DNA of 64,000 nt, taken from assembly GCA_000091205.1 (NCBI GenBank), contig AP006492.2, one strand, 5' to 3'. Below, piece by piece: positions 56,188 to 64,000 of this stretch. Below the pieces are notes generated by a model. That model did no database searches and was not told the origin of the DNA. It worked only from the letters and a program-made list of their open reading frames with translations. The translations under genes and the position numbers were made by a program. The number at the start of each line of letters is the position of its first letter. Position 1 is the stretch's first letter. This DNA is from Cyanidioschyzon merolae (lineage: Eukaryota).

Positions 56188-56817
56188 GATCTAACGTCTG
56201 TTTTGGGAGCAAACTGTGCATCCCGGGTGCATTTGGAGAACGGCTGACATGATTTCTAGTGCCTTTTTCGGGAGTGTATGGCACAACGCTGATGGAATTG
56301 CGCAGCGGCGACGGCGAGCCGTTTCCTGAGGTATCGGCATCGCCGATGCCGCTTACCGTGGACGTCTGACCTTTGAATGTATTTGTGGTGATGGTCTGCT
56401 TGATCGGGGATGTCCCATGAATGCGTCCACAAAGGCTGTGTATCGACGAGGTAGATGATATGGCGACAAGCTCAGTATGGCCCGCATACAATGCGGAAAA
56501 GGCCCCGCCTCGGCTGTGCATGTAGCTTGATGCGCGCGCTCGCCTGCATTGTTGAAGAGCACGCGACCTGTCCACGGGAAGCTGGACCTAGGGCCAGAAT
56601 CGGATCCGAACTACATCATTGTATCAGCGCTTGAGCGCAACAAGCGACGCTCTGCAAGGCTCGTAAACAAGAGCTCGCATGCTTGAGACGTATCGTTGGC
56701 GCTAGCTTTGTCAAAAAGCCCCCGTATCGGTTCCCTAGGCCCGTTGTTGACCCATAACGAGTAGATCGAGCCTCCTCAGGTTCCATATTGCGCTGTGAAA
56801 GGATGCATGCACTTGTA

Positions 56818-56835
56818 GTCGTCGTCGTCGTCGTC
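56818..56835. repeat. (GTC)6 microsatellite
   Basis: gtcgtcgtcgtcgtcgtc seen directly. Confidence 0.9.
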
Positions 56836-57761
56836 GTTGGCTAAAGGCTCACAGCAATCACCGCTACGGAAACAACTCCCTGGTGCGTCGTAAACGCGTT
56901 GTGTTCCGAGTCCCCGGATCCATGGTCGTTTCCCAGGTCGATCCATCAGACGAGGCTACCAGTACGCACATCCACATATGATGCATAGGTGCGTTCTATC
57001 GCTGCGGCCTGCAGCGGCATATTCAGGGACTCCACCGCCCAACGTCAGAGATTGTCGAACGCTGTGCATGCTCCAAGCGCTGGCGAAACATACGTCTCTC
57101 GGAGCGACCGCCATTCAGAGGCGCTCGCGTTGGATGCGCTTTTGGTTGCATCCGAAAAGTGGCTTCGTTCTTCAGGGATGCATCTTGGAGAATACGCCTG
57201 GAAGACTGGACTGTTGGGGTCGTCAATCCGTATCGCAGCGCGAGAGCACGTACTGTACATATACTTGTCAAGGAACATTATCTTTCTTCTAAATTGTAAG
57301 TGCTTCTGATCTACGCCGAATGTCTAGCATCTGCAGTCTATAACGTTGTCAACGTGTCGGTTTCAAAGCAAAACCATGCCGACATCATACTCGACGTATC
57401 TTCCGCAAACAAGGAGGAGTGAGCGCCGTGCGCATCCGCCAGCATGCCTGGATGACATGAAAGTATCCGGTGCGGCACGTTTGCTGGTCACGCACGCACC
57501 GCGAAAACAAACCGCTTGACCACAGTGACATTTACTGGACGCTGACGCCTTCCACCAGCAAGTCCAGAGGCAACCGGCCTCGTCTGCCGGCTCTGGCAGC
57601 GCACTTCCCGGTGCTGTAGAGGCTTTGCTCCCGCAACGACAGCGGCATGACTTGGGGAATGCGTTCCGCACCACCCACGGATGACTAGTCGAACGCGCCG
57701 CCTGAACGCAGAACACCGCGCTTCCATCGGCAATCGGTCCACGTGTCTCGTCACCGTATCT

Positions 57762-59228
57762 TTATCGGTCAACTTCACCAAACACAAGATCCAGCGTACC
57801 AACCAGAGTCACAACGTCCGCAATCATATGGCCTCGAGCAAGCATATTCAGACCACTCAGATGCGCAAACCCGGGAGCGCGAATATGGACGCGATACGGC
57901 CGATTCGTTCCGTCGGAAATCATGTAGATGCCCTCCTCTCCTTTGGGTGCCTCTACCGCGACGTAGGTCTCACCAGCAGGAACAACGAAACCCTCTGAAT
58001 ACAGCTTGAAATGGTGGATAAGGGATTCCATGGAGGACTTCATGTCGTGTCGACTCGGTGGCGATACCTTGCGATCATCGACTCGAATCTCGCCTGAGGG
58101 CATCTGATTCAAACATTGCTGTATGATGTCCAATGACTGGCGCATTTCCTCGACACGTACGAGGTATCGGTCATACGAGTCTCCGTACACACCGACGGGG
58201 ATCTTGAAATCCACGTAGGCGTATGCGTCGTATGGTTGGACTTTGCGAATATCCCACGGAACGCCGCTCGCCCGCAACATCGGACCGGTAAAGCCCCAGT
58301 TCAGTGCGTCTTCGGCGCTCAGCACGCCGATACCAACGAGACGTTGTTTCCAGATTCGATTGTTGGTGAGCATCTCCTCGATCTCGTCTACACGCGAAGC
58401 GAACTGTCGGCACCAGGCGTAGATATCATCGCAGAGGCCCAGCGGAAGATCCTGGTGCACACCACCGGGTCTGAAGTAGTTGGCGTGCATGCGAGCGCCA
58501 CTGACACGCTCGAAAAACTCGAAGGTTTTCTCTCGCTCTTCGAATGCCCAGAGGAAGGGCGTCAGCGCGCCTACATCCATCGCATGGGTCGTGACAGCGA
58601 GCAGATGGTTCGAAATGCGCGTGATTTCCGCGAACATCGTTCGGATGTACTTAGCCCGCAGCGGCACCTCGATTTTGAGCAGTTTCTCCACGGCTAGGCA
58701 GAAAACTTGTTCATTACACAACATGGAGCAGTAGTCTAGTCGATCCATGTACGGCAGCGCTTGCAGATACGTTTTATATTCCATCAGCTTTTCCGTGCCG
58801 CGGTGGAGCAAACCGACGTGCGGGTCCGTCGACTCGACTACTTCGCCGTCGAGCTGGAGTACTAAACGTAACACACCGTGAGCAGCGGGGTGCTGCGGCC
58901 CAAAGTTGAGCGTGAAGTTGCGGATCTCTTTTGCGTTCTCCAGGTTTGCACGCATGCGCTCCTTTTCGTGCGGCTCGAGCTGCTGAACATCCACTTCCCC
59001 AGAGAAAGCGTTGTAGCTCTCAAGATCAACATAGTCCTTAGGTTGGAGCGCTCCGGGCTCAGGTCGCGTTCGTGTCGCATCAACGCAGAGTGCTCGCACG
59101 CCGGTACCCAGCAACCGACGCACCAGAAAACCGTTGTGAGGCGCAGGGTCGGCGTAGCGCCGCCCCAACTGGTGTAGGAGTAGGTTTCTGGCGAGCCCCA
59201 GACCCGAGCAAAAGCCTCGACACCACAT
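57762..59228 (-). CDS. NDUFS2: NADH:ubiquinone oxidoreductase 49 kDa subunit (NDUFS2/NuoD/Nad7), nuclear-encoded, with a presequence of about 80 aa
   Basis: [24 protein letters not shown], the classic NuoD N-terminal motif. The protein is conserved throughout to ...[25 protein letters not shown] at 59226-59228. Confidence 0.9.
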   Translation of the reverse strand: MWCRGFCSGLGLARNLLLHQLGRRYADPAPHNGFLVRRLLGTGVRALCVDATRTRPEPGALQPKDYVDLESYNAFSGEVDVQQLEPHEKERMRANLENAKEIRNFTLNFGPQHPAAHGVLRLVLQLDGEVVESTDPHVGLLHRGTEKLMEYKTYLQALPYMDRLDYCSMLCNEQVFCLAVEKLLKIEVPLRAKYIRTMFAEITRISNHLLAVTTHAMDVGALTPFLWAFEEREKTFEFFERVSGARMHANYFRPGGVHQDLPLGLCDDIYAWCRQFASRVDEIEEMLTNNRIWKQRLVGIGVLSAEDALNWGFTGPMLRASGVPWDIRKVQPYDAYAYVDFKIPVGVYGDSYDRYLVRVEEMRQSLDIIQQCLNQMPSGEIRVDDRKVSPPSRHDMKSSMESLIHHFKLYSEGFVVPAGETYVAVEAPKGEEGIYMISDGTNRPYRVHIRAPGFAHLSGLNMLARGHMIADVVTLVGTLDLVFGEVDR

Positions 59229-59298
59229 ATTTAGGTCGCTTTACAAGTCTGCAAGCACCGTCGCCAACAGCACACAAAACAGCAGTTAACAGAAAGAA

Positions 59299-59318
59299 AG
59301 AATGAATGAATGAATGAA
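59299..59318. repeat. (AATG)4-5 microsatellite
   Basis: gaatgaatgaatgaatgaa seen directly. Confidence 0.85.
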
Positions 59319-60299
59319 CGATGCGATGCCAAGCGCGCCTGCGTTGTACTCAGTGTCTAGGGCGCAGCGGATGCGACGCACAGGTCGCTAGCGGCGCGCG
59401 TCTGGGCATCGAGTAGCGAGCCGACGCCCGCTGGGACATGGGAAAGCCGTACTTTCTCCGTTCTATGAGTGCACCAGCGCTCTAGTCGCTATCGCGGACG
59501 ATTAGGACAGGTACTCTACACATGGTAGAACGTGTAAAGCGACCAGAATATTCGAGGAGACGTATGGGTGATGGGATTTGGAAGACGGGCGTAGATCGAT
59601 GGATGCTTTACCACGCGCTCATATCGAGCGCGCAGTCGGGTAAAGCTGGCCGATATAACCATTCTTTCAAATAAAAACTCTGGAACTCCAGCGCGACAGC
59701 GGGCGCCGCAAGCACCGATACTGCGCTTACGACATAAGAGTTGCCGTGGCGCGGGAACTCAAGCATCTTTCCGCCTAGGTTTGTATTCGGGGTATTCACT
59801 AGTTCGTTAGAGAGTAGTGGACCACAACTGGCGCTCGTCTAGTGGAGTCGTGTCAAATGAGAATGGAATTCTGAACTGCTTGCTCTGTTCCTGCCTTTCA
59901 GTTTTTTAGAGCTTCTTTCGGACGTACAAATTTGACCTTACAAGTGCATCAAAAAGAACTTACTGGTTCATGTTTAAGTCTAGAATGTTCGGTGGTGTTT
60001 CCGCGGGGTGGTGCATTCGACGCTTTGCCGCTGGCATCCGTGACTTTATGGTCATCAAGATGATTCACAACGCCATCGAACAACATTTCGTAAACTAACT
60101 GACTGCGTTATCCAATGCAAACAAGCAAGTCGCCACGCTTCGCCTCTCCTTACGTGTAGCATGCTCGAATCACAGATTCTCCAAGTTTTCGATTATTCTG
60201 TTCCCAAGTCGCTCGTTGGCGCGGCGATGCGCGCCGCTGTATAGACGATGAAATAGTCTCAAAGGTGTCACTGGCAGACTTATTCACAAGACACGTGGC

Positions 60300-61170
60300 A
60301 AAGGTTCATTTTACCGCCAATGTTCAATATTCGATGCGGTTCGAGGAAGAAATTCTCTAATCTACTTAGTAGTCGACGAAACGGTATCCCACACCAGCAT
60401 GATAGCTCTGACAGGATATGCTCCAGGAGACTCCTTGTTTCTTCTATTTGCATGCGAGAGGGCGTTGAAAGCGGACTTTCGTCATCGCAGCGATCGCTTC
60501 TAGTGGAGCGTGGGTCACCGCTTTCCACAAACGGGGCGTAGACGCATCGGGTGCGCTCGAATGCCTCGCCGACCTGAATTGCCCTTCCGATACGTTTTCC
60601 AGCAACGAAAACATCGCGTACCCCGAAGCCTCTATCGAGTAGAACAGCGCGCACTTAGAGTTGCACCAAACAGAATACTCTCCGGGGTATCGCTCAGACC
60701 AAGACCGCCATCGTGGCGTATGGTGGTTGACGCGGAAACCGGGGCAGCAAGGGTATCCCCCTGGACAAGTAAAAGGCATGTATCGAGCGATGGGGCAAGC
60801 GTTCACGACCCACAGGACGACGCTCGGAGTAGGAGGCGGAAGAGGTTCGCTTGAAATATGGTAAAACCGGAGCACGGCCAGGCGTCACCGCTGTGAAGGG
60901 CACGCCAACGCTGTATACGTACAAGATGAATCTGGCAGGTGAAGCATCGATCGCAACTATTTTCTCTGCATGAAACGCGTGGACAACATCCGAAACCCGC
61001 GAAACCGAGACTTGAACGCTGCCCTCAATATCCTTCGACTGCTGAAAACGCAGCTGGAGGCTGGGAAAGGCCATCATACGAAAAGCCGGAGATAAGAAAG
61101 GACAAACCTGGAAACGCGCAGAGGGAGCTCACAGAAGCCGGCTTTGACGACAATTGGAAGTGACTCAAAC
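60300..61170 (+). mobile_element. Composite repeat copy 2, degenerate; carries the most canonical RuvC-III motif
   Basis: Plus-strand frame at about 60.99-61.08 reads FLCMKRVDNIRNPRNRDLNAALNILRLLKTQLEAGK, compared with the TnpB/Fanzor terminal motif rDxNAAxNIlr. The conserved internal core gcgatcgcttctagtggagcgtgggtcac sits near 60.49. Minus-strand ORF 60444..60875 is an antisense shadow. Confidence 0.5.
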
Positions 61171-61972
61171 ATTAGTATGGACGCCAGACTAAGGGGACCC
61201 GTTCCACTTTATTCTGACATGGGAGTCGCGCGAGCATACGCCGACCTATGGATGTGAGCGCCGAGTCACTGGCGGTCGTCCGTTCAGCAGACAGCGGCAT
61301 ATAGACAAGCTGCGCACGAGCGTTTTTCGCTCAGCGACAACGCGTCGCGCCGGCGCGCAAACAACAAAGACGCAAACGCTTCGGTCCTGCTCTGGGGTAC
61401 GCAACACTTCTTAGAGTTCGAGTTGAAATGTCTGCCCTTATGCAAGGCTTTACCGGAATGAGCGGCACGAATGACCACACTCAGCGGACAGAGGTCGAGG
61501 TGAAACCTCGAACGACGTACGTTACAGTGCAGCAGTTTCAGACGCAGCTCAGTCGTGACTGGATCGCGGCAGTCACTCTGGACCCTTCTTTTCTTACCTA
61601 CCAAAGTCTATCAAAGGGAGAAAAGAGCATTTATCGAGAGCGATGCGTTCTTGTAGAGCGCTTCGCGGAGCTCTCGCGACAACAAGACCAGTCCGACACC
61701 CCATAACCGGGTATGCGGAGCGTCGTTCGGAGCCATGGTGACAGACGCGGTAGGCACGACGTCCGTATCCCGGCACAAGAGCGTGCAGCGTAGACCTGAG
61801 CATCGCATCCGGGACCACACTGGCGTTGCTACGAAGGACGCTAGAGTCGCCGATCGTGTGATGAGGAGCACGCGAGCCACTCCATTACACTACTGACGGA
61901 ACCAACGCCCTGCAGCACTTTTGCGTCCACCAGGCGCTGCTCTACGGCACGCTACGCCACCGTATTTACGGT

Positions 61973-62305
61973 TTACTCGCTCGTCGCTTTCTTGAGGAAA
62001 GCGATCAAGTCTGCTCGTTCCTGCGGCTTTTTTAAACCTGCGAAAACCATCTTCGTGCCAGGAATATACTTCTTTGGGTTCTCTAAATATTCGAATAGTG
62101 TTTCATCTTTCCATACAACACCAGAGTTCTTGTTTGCAGCCGTATACGCAAAACCAGGTACAGAGCCTGCCGGACGTCCGAAGAGTCCGTGCAAGTTCGG
62201 CCCTTGCTTCGTTGGACCTCCTTTCTCGTACGTGTGACACTGAGAGCACTTGGTTTTGAAGATCTTCTCTCCTCTAGATGCGTCTCCTTCGGGAATGTCG
62301 CCCAT
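61973..62305 (-). CDS. CYC: Cytochrome c, 110 aa
   Basis: [14 protein letters not shown] heme-binding Cxx[42 protein letters not shown] at 62303-62305; the track start at 62308 is GTG. Confidence 0.9.
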   Translation of the reverse strand: MGDIPEGDASRGEKIFKTKCSQCHTYEKGGPTKQGPNLHGLFGRPAGSVPGFAYTAANKNSGVVWKDETLFEYLENPKKYIPGTKMVFAGLKKPQERADLIAFLKKATSE

Positions 62306-62839
62306 CACGCTCGCAACCTCGCAGACCCTCGAACCAGACGATGTTCACGCCCAAACGAATGCACAAAGCGTTCGTATCGATCGGCTCTGGATCCTTGCAC
62401 GCCCCGTTCAGGAGCGCCCGCGCCCGGGCGGCGGCAGCGACGGCGCGTTCATGAAGCCGCTCACCGTCGGATGCGCAGCGGCGGCGGCGCTTGCGCTGCG
62501 CCCCTGTCTGCCAGCATCCACAGCGGTATGGAATGGGGTACGGAACGACTGGATCCGTTCCTGCGCTTCGGGTTTCTTTTCGAGAGTTTTTGCAGTTGTG
62601 CAGTCTCGAGTTTCGACGTGTAGCGAGAGGGGCTTGGGGATTCACCTGAAGTCTTAGGAAACTCGGTCGACGTTTTGGAGTGGCTTGTTTAACGCTTTGC
62701 CGCTGGTGTTCCTTGCGTCACCGTAAACGAGATAATTCGCAAGAGTCCGTAAACAATGAATTGATAGTATTATGCATTGTTTAGGCATATACCACCATTC
62801 TCTTCAAATGATGCATAGCTTGCCTGCATCACGCAATCT

Positions 62840-63850
62840 TCAGGCTCTGGATCTTCCTCTTTGTAGGCATCTGGTGCGCCTAGCGACATTCGCCGATGGA
62901 TCATCGACGACAAATGGACGACGACGTTCCTTGAGAAGTGCTGTATGAGCTCGCGCCGAACGTTTCTTGAAGTTCTCATTCCAAATTAGCGAATCGGTTC
63001 GAAAGTCAAATCCTGATCTCTTTGTGGCCATGAACGAAACGGCATTCGACAGCAGCACGATACCTCTCGCATGAGGCATGCAGCCCCGAGCTTCCGCCTC
63101 TACTGTTTGCAAGAGAAAGAGTTTTGAAGTTGGAATCCAGCCATCGAATCGTTGGCTTCCAGGACAGCGTGCGTCACTGCTTTGCACGAAGCGAGCGTAG
63201 AAGCATCGACATTGTTCGAAGTTATCTCCAGTAGAGAGTGTGCCCCCGGTACTTGTTTGATGACGGACGACATTGCGTTTCATAAATCGCTTATCGAATG
63301 GAAATGCACGCTATTTCTCGTACAGCAAATAGCTTCATCACGTAGTGAATCGCCTAGAAACAGCCCGTGATTATCGGGTACGGGACCGGGCGCGGAAACG
63401 GAGGCGGGCATGAAGCAGAGCGCTCTATACCAGTTGAGTACATGAAACGATCGACAAAACAAGCGTTCACACGCTATAGGGTACACATTTTACGAAGAGG
63501 AAAAGGAGCAGGTGTGCTGCACATATGGAAACAACTCATCATAGCCATATGTCATTGCTGCGAAGCGCGCACCGAAGCTGTATACGAAAAACATGAACAA
63601 GGTAAGCGAAGCCCGGATCTCAACTGCTGGATGTGCATGAAAAGCATCGACAACAGCCTGAAGCAGCAAAGTCGGAACTCGAACGCTGCCATCAAATTCC
63701 GTCTACTGCCGACATCGGAGCTAGTGGTACCGGTGTATTTCAAGCGAAATATAAGGGAGAGGAAAAGGGAGCATTCGCAGATAACGCACGCAACGGCCGG
63801 TGCCGGGGACACTGCGAAGCGGCTTAAACTTTAGTGCGCATGTGAGGGTT
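62840..63850 (+). mobile_element. Composite repeat copy 4, degenerate; shares more than 600 bp of nucleotide-level homology with copy 1
   Basis: D1-like FVAMNETAFDSS (about 63.03). D2 GTCLMTDDIAFHKSLIEW (ORF 63152..63370). Zinc ribbon plus tail AICHCCEARTEAVYEKHEQGKRSPDLNCWMCMKSIDNSLKQQSRNSNAAIKFRLLPTSEL (ORF 63367..63834). Confidence 0.55.
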
Positions 63851-64000
63851 AGCGAATTAGAGCCGTTCCTTTTGCCTCCTGACGTGAATCCAGACAAAAG
63901 GGCTCATCGGTGTGCTCATGCTCACTCCAGGGGAGTTTTCCGCAGCATCCGCGGGCACCCGCCAAGCATCGCCCGGTCACCTGGATCGCTGTTCGGGCAA

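Noticed and set aside
1-64000. A prokaryotic reading of the window. The ORF track has many TTG/GTG starts and overlapping ORFs on both strands, which suggests operons or a bacterial contig.
   Set aside because: Gene content is unambiguously eukaryotic nuclear (CBP80, Lsh/DDM1 SNF2, MO25, UTP18-like, cytochrome c, nuclear NDUFS2 with presequence). Most overlapping or antisense ORFs are the usual shadow ORFs of GC-rich DNA. I re-derived ATG starts instead of using the alternative-start coordinates.
1-64000. A search by eye for tRNA genes, rRNA and CRISPR arrays.
   Set aside because: I found no convincing T-arm or cloverleaf candidates and no rDNA-like segments. Absence is not proven without tRNAscan or Infernal.

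Overview
This window is eukaryotic nuclear DNA, not prokaryotic: it encodes CBP80, an Lsh/DDM1-type SNF2 ATPase, cytochrome c, NDUFS2, MO25 and a UTP18-like WD40 protein. The supplied ORF track uses bacterial-style TTG/GTG starts, so I re-derived ATG starts from the sequence. The locus is GC-rich and gene-dense, roughly one gene per 3 kb. All recognisable genes read as single uninterrupted ORFs on both strands, with no introns needed. Several products point to a plastid-bearing host: a CbbY-type HAD phosphatase, an acyl-lipid-type delta-9 desaturase, a stand-alone TrpB with an N-terminal extension, an Omp85/Toc75-like barrel and a possible PGRL1-like ORF. The most interesting content is in the intergenic gaps. 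At least nine degenerate copies of one repeat family sit in the larger intergenic gaps. This family combines IS630/Tc1-type DDE transposase motifs with a TnpB/Fanzor-type C-terminal zinc ribbon plus RuvC-III motif. The largest copy (9.8-12.1 kb) is a 2.3 kb TnpB/Fanzor-like pseudogene. The window also contains a 69-bp x5 minisatellite and several microsatellites. I found no rRNA, tRNA or CRISPR features.
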